This document shows, one piece after another, positions 27,199 through 37,160 of a stretch of 40,325 bases of DNA. This DNA is from Desulfobacterales bacterium. Its GTDB lineage: Bacteria; Desulfobacterota; Desulfobacteria; Desulfobacterales; UBA5616. Within the stretch, counting starts at the first letter, position 1, and every line of letters starts with the position of its first letter. The DNA is taken from positions 1 through 40,325 of the forward strand of contig JAWODC010000012.1 of assembly GCA_046483495.1 (NCBI GenBank). The letters run 5' to 3'. The notes under the pieces are model-generated. The model saw only the letters and a program-made list of their open reading frames with translations. It did no database searches and was not told the origin of the DNA. The position numbers were made by a program, and so were the translations under genes.

Positions 27199-27867
27199 CT
27201 AGGATCGGGTTTCCCGGTCTACTTCCCGGTCGAAATCCGCGTCTTCAAAGGAGGTGGTCGAATAATATTTTGAGGAAAACGTTTCCATCATGCGGTCCAG
27301 GGGAACATCTTCGAATTCGCCAAGATACCGGACATATTCCATGTGCCGGTTTCCTTCGAGATCGAAAGGATGGTAAATGGAGTCCGTTCGCCCATCGAAG
27401 TCGAGCGGCTTGAGGCTGAACTTTTCGCACAGTTCGATGTTGAATGCGGGTGTGGCCTTTACCCAGACCCCCTCCAGGAAAATGGACGTGTAGCCATGCC
27501 AGTAGAAAACATCCGTTTGCATGGTCTTGCGCATCCGCTCGGTTGACAGGTGGTTTTTCACATCGGCAAAGCCAAGCCGCGCCGGAATTCCCAGCAATCT
27601 GCAGCAGGCGGCGAGAAGGACCGCCTTTGGCACGCACCATGCCCGCTTGTCTCTCAGTGTGGTCGCGGCGCATAGTCCCTCGACCGTCAGGTTGAATTTA
27701 TAGGGGTCATAGCGGATTCCGTCCCGTACGGCATAATACAGGTTTACGGCCTGCCGGAGGAGATCATCCGTTGTGCCGGCGTTTTTGAATGTAAATGTCT
27801 GCACAGCACTGTCCTGATAGTTGATAATGGGCGTCGGCCGAAGAAAACGTGAAAAATCGGAAATCAT
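27199..27867 (-). CDS. Transglutaminase-like domain protein
   Basis: AVRDGIRYDPY, WCVPKAVLLAACCR..GIPAR, WHGY, WVKATPAFN. Confidence 0.88.
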   Translation of the reverse strand: MISDFSRFLRPTPIINYQDSAVQTFTFKNAGTTDDLLRQAVNLYYAVRDGIRYDPYKFNLTVEGLCAATTLRDKRAWCVPKAVLLAACCRLLGIPARLGFADVKNHLSTERMRKTMQTDVFYWHGYTSIFLEGVWVKATPAFNIELCEKFSLKPLDFDGRTDSIYHPFDLEGNRHMEYVRYLGEFEDVPLDRMMETFSSKYYSTTSFEDADFDREVDRETRS

Positions 27868-27895
27868 GGAAGCAGCGTGTCCTTTCTAAAAACCT

Positions 27896-29140
27896 CTATT
27901 CCGAAGACAAATCGTCGAAGAACTCGGAAATCAGCCGTGCGCCGTAGCGGGCGCCGCCGTAGGTTCTCATTTTTTCCTTTATCTTGTTTGCATTTTTGGC
28001 ATACGAGGAATCAGCCAACATCTGACTGACTTTTTGCCATAATTCATCGCCCGATACCGTTCGTTCGAACACTTCATTCGTTTCCGGAATGATCAATTCC
28101 GCCGCACCCAGCCCTGCCATCCGCCTCGCGTTGCTTTCCCGCTCGGAATAGGTGGGGATAATCAGCGCCGGCGTGCCGGTATAAGCGCCGGTCATGGTGG
28201 ACCCGTGCCCCCCATGATGAATCATGAGATCGCACCGGCGTGCAAGGGCGAGACCGGGGATGAATTTTTCAAATCGGAAGTTGTCCGGCAATGGCGGCAG
28301 GCTTGCGGGGAGTTCGTGGTATCCGGTGGTCATGACAACCATCACGTCTTTTCCCGCAAGGCCGTCAATGGCGGCTTCCAGTACGATTTTGGAATCCCCC
28401 CACGTATTTGTCCCGGGCAAATACTCGGGGTTTCCCGAATAAACCCAGATCAGGGGGCGTTCTGTGTCCATCGATGCAATCCAGTCCGGCAGCCGTGTGG
28501 CTTCCTCCCGGTAAAAAACAGGACCGATGTAAATGACGTCTTCACCCGGAGGGATCGGATCCGTTTCCGGTATGCCCGTACACAGCGTCAGATCCCCGAG
28601 AAACAGCTCCGCCGCCGACAGGATGGGATTTATCCCGTGCTTTACGAGGACGGTGTTGAATGCGGGCACCGGCGTCGGCAGATTTTCGGGCGGGTCCCGC
28701 CACCATATAAACCCCCTGTTGCGCGGGTGCATATCGGCCTGGATGACGCTCACCAGAGGTTTTTTAAGAATTCTCGCCGCGGCGCAGGAAAACAGGTTCC
28801 ACGAATCCACCACCACGTCCACGCCTGTATCCGAAATGATTCCGGCAACCGCTTCGATGCAATGGGCGGTATAATTTTTATCCGAATAGCCGAACATCGC
28901 TGAAAATTGATCAACGTTATACACCTCGGTCGTCCACGGCGCAAGCGTTGCAGGGCCAATGCTCAGCTTCGGAACAATGTTTTCAAATCCAGCCTCGCGA
29001 ATGATACGGTCCGGGGACGAACCGGGATTACAGAACCAAACCGAATGGCCCATCTTCATAAGAGCTTCTGCCAACGGGACGGTCCGGGTTGGAAGGCCGA
29101 GATCGTCCGACCACAAGTTGGTAAAAAGAAATTTCCCCAT
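27896..29140 (-). CDS. GT-B fold glycosyltransferase (GT1/MGT-like)
   Basis: C-terminal EKFIP...CDLMIHHGGHGS...GTPALIIP..ERESNARR. Confidence 0.82.
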   Translation of the reverse strand: MGKFLFTNLWSDDLGLPTRTVPLAEALMKMGHSVWFCNPGSSPDRIIREAGFENIVPKLSIGPATLAPWTTEVYNVDQFSAMFGYSDKNYTAHCIEAVAGIISDTGVDVVVDSWNLFSCAAARILKKPLVSVIQADMHPRNRGFIWWRDPPENLPTPVPAFNTVLVKHGINPILSAAELFLGDLTLCTGIPETDPIPPGEDVIYIGPVFYREEATRLPDWIASMDTERPLIWVYSGNPEYLPGTNTWGDSKIVLEAAIDGLAGKDVMVVMTTGYHELPASLPPLPDNFRFEKFIPGLALARRCDLMIHHGGHGSTMTGAYTGTPALIIPTYSERESNARRMAGLGAAELIIPETNEVFERTVSGDELWQKVSQMLADSSYAKNANKIKEKMRTYGGARYGARLISEFFDDLSSE

Positions 29141-29392
29141 GGCGGATCCCCCATTTAAGCGGCCGTCCCGGTTGCCGAGACATTTTTCCCTTTGTCGAAA
29201 CGGTTATCGGGATCGGGTCTTTGATAAAAAGCAGGAAACCTCTATCAAAAGCAAGTTTTATATTTTCAATCCTTTATCATAAACGAATGAGCGGCGCAAG
29301 GGCGGAACGCATTGCACCTTGATACGGCGGATGTTATCTGATATGGAATTGGGGATCCGGGAATAATATGATTTTCCACATCGATCGCCACG

Positions 29393-30004
29393 ATGTTTCG
29401 AAAAAATTACAACTTGTCGACACTGGAAGGTATTCTGCCCGCCGGTTGGAAAATGCTTCGCCGGGGGGTTCGAAATCCGTTGCATCCGTTTCACCGGCCC
29501 TCGCTGGCCACCTTGGAAGGCGCTGCACCTGAAGTGCGGACCGTCATCCTGAGAGGCTTTTCGGCAAGCCTTCGCCACCTGATCTGCCACTGCGACGCAA
29601 GGACGGCCAAAGTCCATCAAATCGAGACCAATCCCCATGTCAGCTGGTTGTTCTATGACCACCGCAGCCGTATTCAACTTCGGTTTTCAGGAACCGCATC
29701 CGTTCACACGGAGGATTCGATCGCCGATACGCAATGGCAAAGCGTGAGCCTGACCGGCCGATTGAATTATTGCGCCGAAACCCCGCCCGGGTCAGGGGTT
29801 GAAAAACCGACATCGGGTCTTCCTGAATTTCTCCGGCATAAACCAACCGCTGTGTTTAAAGAAGCGCAGGCCCGCCGAAATTTTGCCGCTATCGTTTGTG
29901 TATTCGACCGAATGGACTGGCTTCACTTGAAGTTGTCGGGAAACATCCGTGCCGAGTATCTCTGGCAAAATGGTCGAATGGAGGCACGTTGGATCATCCC
30001 GTAA
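29393..30004 (+). CDS. Pyridoxamine 5'-phosphate oxidase-related FMN-binding protein
   Basis: HPFHRPSLAT, PEVRTVILR, DARTAKV, LFYD...QLRFSG, DWLHL. Confidence 0.85.
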   Translation: MFRKNYNLSTLEGILPAGWKMLRRGVRNPLHPFHRPSLATLEGAAPEVRTVILRGFSASLRHLICHCDARTAKVHQIETNPHVSWLFYDHRSRIQLRFSGTASVHTEDSIADTQWQSVSLTGRLNYCAETPPGSGVEKPTSGLPEFLRHKPTAVFKEAQARRNFAAIVCVFDRMDWLHLKLSGNIRAEYLWQNGRMEARWIIP

Positions 30005-30589
30005 TGTTTAACAAAATTAGGCCTTGATATCATTTTGGAAAGATGTTAATTATTAGTGTTTAAAATTAATTTTGCTCTTTTATATTTCTATTATGCGCTC
30101 GATAATGAAGTCTCTATTCATGCCTGAGATATCAGCTGCCGGATGAGACAGAATTAAAAAGCGAAGTCGCCAAAAACTGCCGTGATGCCGACCAGTGGCG
30201 TTTTATACGATCTGTTGCGGTTTGCATGGGTGTTCACCGGCAGTTATGTTTACTGGTAATTTCACTTCCAACGGCTGACGTTGGAATCAGTTTTGACTGT
30301 TCTGAACCCGTATTTTGACAGTATATCCCCACCTGGATACACCGTTGGAATATGATTGATTTACCCCCTGTATATCCATTTGGTGCCAGTCAGGTTTAGA
30401 ACGTTTTAACGATCTGCATTGACGGCATATCTCAAACCGGAACCGGCAATCACTCGTAATCATCCCGTTATCCAAAAAGAACCGATTATATCTTTCAATT
30501 TCACAAGTCGATAAGCTGCAGCCCTCCGGCACGAATTGACGGCAGCGAGCTTTTTAAATTTATAGCTATTTGAATTTTTATTAAAAATT

Positions 30590-31540
30590 ATGAAGAAAAT
30601 AAAAATCGGATCACGCAAGAGCAGACTGGCGCTTTGGCAGTCTGAAAGCGTGGCACATATGATGAATCGCCGGGGAATCGAAACCGAGATCATCACCATG
30701 GATACCATCGGAGACAAAAAACTCGACACGCCGATTGCCGAAATCGGCGGCAAAGGCGTTTTTACCGAAGAAATAGAGGCCGCCCTTAAGCACGGAGACC
30801 TTGACATGGCGGTTCACAGCGCCAAGGACATGCCGTCCCGATTGCCTGAAGGATTTTTCCTGATCGCCTTTACAGAACGGGAAAGAGCCAATGATGTACT
30901 GGTGAGTTCCGCCGATGGTCCATCCCTGGAAGATACAGCCGACCCTCTTCGGATCGGAACCTCTTCGGTCCGGCGAACGGCTTTGCTCAAGCACTTCTAC
31001 CCGCATGTAAAAACGGTAAATATCAGAGGCAACCTTCAAACCCGTATTCATAAGATGGAAACCGGCGAGTGTGATGCCCTCCTGCTGGCTTATGCCGGCG
31101 TCAAGCGGATGCAATACGACCACATGATCGTCCGGCATATGCCTGTAACGCAATTCGTACCGCCCGTCGGACAGGGAAGCATGGCTGTCGAGGTTTACGA
31201 TTCCATCGATGCGAACCTGAAAGCCGCGATTCGTAATTGCGTCAATCATGCACCGACGGAAGTGGTGATAACGGCGGAACGGGCTTACCTGAAAACACTT
31301 CAGGGCGGGTGCAGCATTCCGGCATTTGCCTATGCCCGGTATGTCGGCGAAGCGATCCGATTGATCGCCGGACTTGTCAGTCCCGACGGCCGCATTCTTT
31401 TGAAAGAAGAACTGACGGGGAGGACGGAGGAGGCGGCCGAATTGGGAGAAATCGCCGGTTTACGGATCCTTCAAACCGGCGGAAAAGAAATATTGGATGA
31501 ATTACATGGGTTTACAAAAAACGAAGGAGGAACATGTTAA
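30590..31540 (+). CDS. hemC: Hydroxymethylbilane synthase (porphobilinogen deaminase)
   Basis: GSRKSRLALWQ, GGKGVFT, AVHSAKDMP, GTSSVRR, RGNLQTR, GGCSIP (cofactor Cys). Confidence 0.96.
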   Translation: MKKIKIGSRKSRLALWQSESVAHMMNRRGIETEIITMDTIGDKKLDTPIAEIGGKGVFTEEIEAALKHGDLDMAVHSAKDMPSRLPEGFFLIAFTERERANDVLVSSADGPSLEDTADPLRIGTSSVRRTALLKHFYPHVKTVNIRGNLQTRIHKMETGECDALLLAYAGVKRMQYDHMIVRHMPVTQFVPPVGQGSMAVEVYDSIDANLKAAIRNCVNHAPTEVVITAERAYLKTLQGGCSIPAFAYARYVGEAIRLIAGLVSPDGRILLKEELTGRTEEAAELGEIAGLRILQTGGKEILDELHGFTKNEGGTC

Positions 31541-32061
31541 GTGCAGAACAACACAGCCCCAAAACCGGCATTGTGTTTCGGAATCCAACAACCGACGACG
31601 GAAAGCATTTTTGGGAAATTGCAAAGGCATCCAAGACACTGGACGTAAATTCCATGTATCATTATCTGATCCTGTGCCGCCATTTTGGACGAACGTCCAT
31701 TGCCGCCGAGAAGGACGGTCGGATTGTCGGATTTGTCACCGCTTATATTCCGCCGGAAAATCCGAACACGGTGTTTGTCTGGCAGGTTGCGGTTGATGAG
31801 GCGGAGCGCGGACAGGCAATCGGCGTCAACATGCTGGTAAATGTGTGCAGAAACGCGAAAGCCTATGCCGTCGATCATCTCGAGGCCACCGTAACCCCAT
31901 CCAATGAACCAAGCAAAAGGCTTTTTGCTGCTGCGGCCCGGCGGTTAAATGCGCCGTTTGAATTTGAAAAGGAAATTTTTTCAGCAGCGGATTTCGGACC
32001 AGCCGTCCATGAACCCGAACTGCTGTTCCGCATCGGTCCATTTGACGACCACATACGATAA
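31534..32061 (+). CDS. ectA: Diaminobutyrate acetyltransferase
   Basis: LDVNSMYHYL, FVWQVAV, LEATVTPSNEPS, HEPELLFRIGP; first of ectABC. Confidence 0.95.
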   Translation: MLSAEQHSPKTGIVFRNPTTDDGKHFWEIAKASKTLDVNSMYHYLILCRHFGRTSIAAEKDGRIVGFVTAYIPPENPNTVFVWQVAVDEAERGQAIGVNMLVNVCRNAKAYAVDHLEATVTPSNEPSKRLFAAAARRLNAPFEFEKEIFSAADFGPAVHEPELLFRIGPFDDHIR

Positions 32062-32073
32062 AGGGAGAAAAAT

Positions 32074-33348
32074 ATGAGAATTTTTGAACAGATCGAATCA
32101 CGTGTCAGAGGATATGTCAGGTCTTTTCCTGTTATTTTCGAATCATCCGAAGGAGCGGTAATGACGGATGAATCCGGCAAGAACTACATTGATTTTTTCG
32201 CGGGCGCCGGTGCCCTGAATTACGGCCACAATAATGAACGCATCAACGCGGCATTGATCGATTACATCCAGAACAAAGGGCCGCATCACACACTGGATAT
32301 GGCCACCTCGGCGAAGAAGCGGTTTCTGACCAAATTCTATGATACCATTCTGCAGCCCCGGAATTTGGAATACAAAGTGCAGTTCACCGGCCCTACCGGC
32401 ACGAATTCCGTGGAAACAGCCATTAAGCTGGCACGGATGATAAAAGGACGCTCGAATATCGTTGCATTTACCAATGGTTTTCACGGATTGACCATGGGCT
32501 CTCTGTCCATTACCGGAAACAATTTTTACCGGGATGAAGCCCATATCAGCAGATGCAATGTCAGTTTCATGCCCTATGACTGCTACCTGGGTCCGGATGT
32601 GAGAACGATGGATTATTTCCGCAAGCTTTTAAGCGACAACAGCAGCGGACTCGACCTCCCGGCCGCCGTAATCGTCGAGACCATTCAGGCGGAAGGGGGC
32701 GTCAATGTCGCCAGTCCCGAATGGCTGCGCGAATTGGCCTTGGTATGCTACGAATTCGACATCTTGCTCATCGTCGATGACATCCAGGTGGGCAACGGCC
32801 GTACCGGCGAATTCTTCAGTTTCGAAGAATCCGGCATAAAGCCGGACATGGTGACGCTGTCAAAGGCCATCGGCGGCGGCCTGCCGTTGGCGCTGCTGCT
32901 TCTCCGGCAGGACCTCGATCAATGGAAGCCGGGAGAGCATACCGGCACGTTCAGGGGAAACAATCTGGCGTTTGTCGCATCTTATGAAACCCTTCACTAT
33001 TGGGACAACATGGATCTGAGCAATGCCGTTCAATACAAATCCGAAATCATGAAAAAAGAGATCCAGGCGATCGCCGATCGGTTTCCGGAGCTCAACGCCA
33101 AGGTCCGCGGACGGGGTATGATCTACGGGCTTGAAATTCCTGAACGGGGCTTCTGTTCCGAACTGTCGGAAAAATGTTTTGACAACGGGCTCATTATCGA
33201 ATTGGCCGGCGCTGACGACCAGGTGCTCAAATTCCTGCCGCCGCTGGTTATCGATGAAGAAACCCTGTTGAAGGGCATCGCCGTCATCGAACAGTCCATT
33301 GCCGAACTTCTCGAAGAAAAAAAGGAAAAACTTACAGGAGAATTTTAA
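32074..33348 (+). CDS. ectB: Diaminobutyrate--2-oxoglutarate transaminase
   Basis: ESRVRGYVRSFP, DFFAGAGALNYGHN, DDIQVGNGRTG, LSKAIGG, WKPGEHTGTFRGNN. Confidence 0.97.
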   Translation: MRIFEQIESRVRGYVRSFPVIFESSEGAVMTDESGKNYIDFFAGAGALNYGHNNERINAALIDYIQNKGPHHTLDMATSAKKRFLTKFYDTILQPRNLEYKVQFTGPTGTNSVETAIKLARMIKGRSNIVAFTNGFHGLTMGSLSITGNNFYRDEAHISRCNVSFMPYDCYLGPDVRTMDYFRKLLSDNSSGLDLPAAVIVETIQAEGGVNVASPEWLRELALVCYEFDILLIVDDIQVGNGRTGEFFSFEESGIKPDMVTLSKAIGGGLPLALLLLRQDLDQWKPGEHTGTFRGNNLAFVASYETLHYWDNMDLSNAVQYKSEIMKKEIQAIADRFPELNAKVRGRGMIYGLEIPERGFCSELSEKCFDNGLIIELAGADDQVLKFLPPLVIDEETLLKGIAVIEQSIAELLEEKKEKLTGEF

Positions 33349-33740
33349 TGATAGTGAGAAGATTGGAAGACATCATCGGATCTGAAAATGATGTACAAAG
33401 CGAAACCGGAACATGGGTAAGCCGTCGCATGCTCCTTAAAAAGGACGGCATGGGTTTTTCCTTCCATGATACGACCATATTTGCCGGGACCACAACCCTG
33501 ATATGGTACAAAAACCATTTAGAAGCCGTATATTGCGTGGCCGGCGAAGGCGAATTGGAAGTGATTGAAACGGGGGAGGTGTACAAGATCGAGGACGGTA
33601 CCATGTATGCCTTAAACGGTCATGAACGGCATTACCTGCGGGCATTCTCGGAATTGCGGCTGATCTGTGTATTCAATCCGCCGCTGACCGGAAGGGAAGT
33701 TCATGATGAAGACGGCTCCTATCCCCTTGTCGAAGACTGA
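33348..33740 (+). CDS. ectC: Ectoine synthase
   Basis: MIVRRL, GMGFSFH, WYKNHLEAVYC, CVFNPPLTGREVHDEDGSY. Confidence 0.97.
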   Translation: MIVRRLEDIIGSENDVQSETGTWVSRRMLLKKDGMGFSFHDTTIFAGTTTLIWYKNHLEAVYCVAGEGELEVIETGEVYKIEDGTMYALNGHERHYLRAFSELRLICVFNPPLTGREVHDEDGSYPLVED

Positions 33741-33792
33741 CCCCGGTGTCCCGATAGCACCCACAGAAATCAGGTTTTACTGCAAAGGACAT

Positions 33793-33837
33793 GAAGATCA
33801 CGAAACGGTCAAGAATGAGAACGGTTTCGTGATCTTC
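33793..33837. repeat. Perfect 14-bp inverted repeat between ectC and ask
   Basis: gaagatcacgaaac-N17-gtttcgtgatcttc; right arm followed by a tandem copy of tcgtgatct. Confidence 0.7.
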
Positions 33838-33886
33838 GTGATCTTAGCGATCAACCAGAGACGATAAAATTGAAACAGGAGGACAA

Positions 33887-35308
33887 ATGGGAAACCATAC
33901 AGTCGAAAAAATCGGCGGCACATCCATGTCTCAATTTTCAGATGTACTGGACAATATACTCATCGGAAACAGAAAAGAAGAAGAACTGTACAACCGCATT
34001 ATCGTGGTGTCCGCTTATGGAGGACTCACGGATATGCTGCTGGAGCATAAAAGATCTCAAAAACCAGGCGTTTATGCCCTTTTTTCAGACAGCGACGCAT
34101 CCTGGACATGGGGAGACGCCGTTACCGAGGTCGGAAATCGGATGTGCCAGGTCAATGCGGAACTCGAACCCCTGGGGCTCGACTGTTCGATCGCGGATCG
34201 TTTCGTTAAAGAGCGGATCGAAGGTGTGCGGTCCTGTCTGCTGGACCTGACCCGCCTTTGTTCATACGGCCATTTTCAGCTCGATGAGCACTTGATGACG
34301 GTTCGGGAAATGCTCAGTGCCGTGGGGGAAGCGCACAGCGCCCACAACACTTCCCAGATCCTGACGTCACTCGGGGTAAACGCACGGTTCGTGGATTTGA
34401 GCGGATGGATGGAGACGGAACATTTCACACTCGACGATAAGATCCTGCATCACTTCAAGGACCTGGACCTCACATCGGAATTGCCGGTCGTCACGGGATA
34501 CACCTATTGCAAAGAAGGGATCATGCACACCTTCGACAGGGGATACAGCGAAATCACCTTCAGCAAGGTCGCAGTGCTCACCGAGGCGAAAGAAGGCATC
34601 ATCCACAAGGAATTTCATCTCAGCAGCGGTGACCCGAAACTGATCGGGGAGGATAAAGTACAAACCATCGGAAATACCAACTATGATGTTGCGGATCAAC
34701 TCTCCGATTTGGGTATGGAGGCGATACACCCTGCGGCCGCCAAGGGAATGCGGAAGAGCGGCATTCCCCTTCGCATTAAAAACACCTTCGAACCCGAACA
34801 TCCGGGCACCGTCATTCAGACCGATTATAAAAACGAATATCCCAAAGTCGAAATTATCGCCGGCAGAAAAAAGGTTACCGCCATCGAATGCTGGGACCAG
34901 GATATGGTCGGGCGTTGGAACCACGACCTGGAAATGCTGAAGCATTTCTCAAATTTAAAAATCCGGTATCTTGCAAAGGATACGAATGCAAATACCCTGA
35001 CCCATTACGTGGACGAACCGCTGTCCACCATCCAGAAACTTGCCGATGTTATCCAGGAGTCTTTTCCGACAGCCGATATTATGATAAAGCGGGTGTCTTT
35101 AGTGTCGGCAATCGGCAGCAACATGGGGGATTCCGGGGTCTTTCCCAGGGCCGTTTCCGCCCTGAACTCGGCCGGCATCCCGATCCTGGCGGTCCATAAA
35201 TGCATGCGGGATATTGACATTCAGTTCGTAATCGAAGAAGATGATTTTGAAAATGGCGTACGCGTTCTGCACAAAATCCTGGTTGAAGAAAACGGCGACT
35301 GCAGCTGA
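33887..35308 (+). CDS. ask: Ectoine-associated aspartate kinase (Ask_Ect type)
   Basis: HTVEKIGGTSMS, FDRGYSEITFS, IIHKEFHLSS.DP, GMEAIHP, C-terminal ACT-like region; follows ectC. Confidence 0.93.
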   Translation: MGNHTVEKIGGTSMSQFSDVLDNILIGNRKEEELYNRIIVVSAYGGLTDMLLEHKRSQKPGVYALFSDSDASWTWGDAVTEVGNRMCQVNAELEPLGLDCSIADRFVKERIEGVRSCLLDLTRLCSYGHFQLDEHLMTVREMLSAVGEAHSAHNTSQILTSLGVNARFVDLSGWMETEHFTLDDKILHHFKDLDLTSELPVVTGYTYCKEGIMHTFDRGYSEITFSKVAVLTEAKEGIIHKEFHLSSGDPKLIGEDKVQTIGNTNYDVADQLSDLGMEAIHPAAAKGMRKSGIPLRIKNTFEPEHPGTVIQTDYKNEYPKVEIIAGRKKVTAIECWDQDMVGRWNHDLEMLKHFSNLKIRYLAKDTNANTLTHYVDEPLSTIQKLADVIQESFPTADIMIKRVSLVSAIGSNMGDSGVFPRAVSALNSAGIPILAVHKCMRDIDIQFVIEEDDFENGVRVLHKILVEENGDCS

Positions 35309-35422
35309 AATGCAATCCGCGCATTCGGATCAGCAAAGCGGCGCCTCTAAAGGCGGCCGCGAAGTCGAGCGGCGATACGTAACCTGTTTCAAACCCCTTT
35401 TTGGCGGTATTCGCTGACATAG

Positions 35423-36280
35423 ATGACCGACACCCGGATCACATATTCAATTCCCTGGAATCTGTTTTTGATAACCGCCGGATCGGCAATCGCAGCTTTA
35501 GCTTTCCGGGGGATCGCATTCGAACATGGATTTATCCCCGGCGGCATATTCGGATTGGCATCCCTGGTGTATTTTGCCGGAGATGCGGGCAGGATCAGCA
35601 CCTGGTTTTTGATATTCAACATACCGCTTTTCATTATCGCCTGGAAATACATCAGTAAGCGATTCCTCCTGTACTCGCTGTATGCCATGCTCACCTTTAC
35701 AGCATTGTACAGGATACTCGACGTGTCGTTCGGCATCGATGATCAGCTCTACGCGGCCGTAACCTGCGGCATCCTTTCCGGCCTGGGCGCCGGAATCGTG
35801 CTGCGGTCTTTGGGGTCCAACGGCGGGCTCGATGTCATGGGTATTCTGTTTTACCAGAAATTCAACCTGGGGCTTGGAAAATTTTATTTCTTCTTCAACG
35901 CGGTTCTATACGCATTGTGCTTCATCTACTTTGAAAATGACCTGGTGATCGCCTCCCTCATCCTGATTTTCTGTGCTTCGTTCGCCATGGATTATGCCCT
36001 TTCTATTTTCAGCCAAAGAAAAGTGGTGATGATCGTATCGAACAAGCCTGCGGAAATCTGCAGTACCATCAATAAGCAGTTAAGGATGGGCTCGACGATC
36101 TTAAACGGCACAGGCGGCTATTCCGGGGCTCCGAAACAGGTCGTCTTGACGGTTATCAACAATATACAGCTCAAGCGGTTGGAAGAAATCGTTTTTACCA
36201 TTGACCCGAACGCCCTTTTCATCGCTGAAAACACTTTCTCGGTGATCGGCTCCAATGTGGCCCGGCGGAAAATCTACTAG
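35423..36280 (+). CDS. YitT-family membrane protein
   Basis: GFIPGGIFG, NIPLF, GSNGGLD, G.GGYSG, IDPNALFI. Confidence 0.88.
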   Translation: MTDTRITYSIPWNLFLITAGSAIAALAFRGIAFEHGFIPGGIFGLASLVYFAGDAGRISTWFLIFNIPLFIIAWKYISKRFLLYSLYAMLTFTALYRILDVSFGIDDQLYAAVTCGILSGLGAGIVLRSLGSNGGLDVMGILFYQKFNLGLGKFYFFFNAVLYALCFIYFENDLVIASLILIFCASFAMDYALSIFSQRKVVMIVSNKPAEICSTINKQLRMGSTILNGTGGYSGAPKQVVLTVINNIQLKRLEEIVFTIDPNALFIAENTFSVIGSNVARRKIY

Positions 36281-36291
36281 AAGTGGTTTTT

Positions 36292-37095
36292 CTAAATGCC
36301 TTTCCCCGGCTTCTTCAGATTCACCATTGCTTCGCCTGCCGAAATACCCGTGTGCACCATGGCGCAGGCAGCCTTTAGAAAACGTTCCGGTGCGGTGTGC
36401 TGGAAAACATTGCGGCCGATGGACAATCCGGCGGCCCCGGCCTTCATGGCCCCCTCGATCATTTTCAGGGTCTCATCGTCGGTCATTTTAGTGCCGCCGG
36501 CAATCACCACCGGAACGGGGCATCCGGTGACCACCTCGGCGAATGAGTCCGCGCTTCCCGTGTACGGGCACTTGACGATATCCGCGCCAAGCTCCGCACC
36601 GACCCTTGCAGCGAGCTTTACGGTATTTGCATCTTCCCTGATATCTTCACCTCTTGGGTACATCATGGCCAGAAGGGGCATCCCCCAGCGGTTGCACTCT
36701 TTTGCCGTTCTTCCCAGGTTCTCCAGCATGGCGGATTCGGTGACGGCGCCGATATTCACGTGAACGGAAACAGCATCGGCCCCGAGAGCCAATGCCTCTT
36801 CGACATCACACACGGACACCTTGTCGTTTGGATCGGGATTCAATGATGTGGCCGCGGAGAGGTGGATGATCAGCCCGATGTCCGTATCCTCCGACCGGTT
36901 GGTCGATGTGACAATGCCTTTGTGGACAATAACGGCATTGGCGCCGCCTCGAATGATCATATTGACGGTGGCATCGATATCCTGCAAACCGTAAATCGGC
37001 CCCAGGCTGACGCCATGGTCCATGGGGACGATTACGGTTTTCCCCGATTCCAGATTGAAGACTCTTTTGATTCTGATGCGTTTGCCCACGTTCAT
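36292..37095 (-). CDS. DhnA-family class I aldolase, 2-amino-3,7-dideoxy-D-threo-hept-6-ulosonate synthase-like
   Basis: GKRIRIKR, IVPMDHGVSLGP, GADAVSVHVN, LLAMMYPRG, AELGADIVK, GRNVFQ; start set at ATG 37095. Confidence 0.85.
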   Translation of the reverse strand: MNVGKRIRIKRVFNLESGKTVIVPMDHGVSLGPIYGLQDIDATVNMIIRGGANAVIVHKGIVTSTNRSEDTDIGLIIHLSAATSLNPDPNDKVSVCDVEEALALGADAVSVHVNIGAVTESAMLENLGRTAKECNRWGMPLLAMMYPRGEDIREDANTVKLAARVGAELGADIVKCPYTGSADSFAEVVTGCPVPVVIAGGTKMTDDETLKMIEGAMKAGAAGLSIGRNVFQHTAPERFLKAACAMVHTGISAGEAMVNLKKPGKGI

Positions 37096-37160
37096 GTGCC
37101 GCCTTCTTTCAGATAGGGAGTACGCAGGGGCCGCACCCATGCCGCAAGCGGTCATGCAGT

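Noticed and set aside
30287..30532. 81-aa minus-strand ORF with several Cys
   Set aside because: No clear RBS or family resemblance; it cannot be supported from sequence alone
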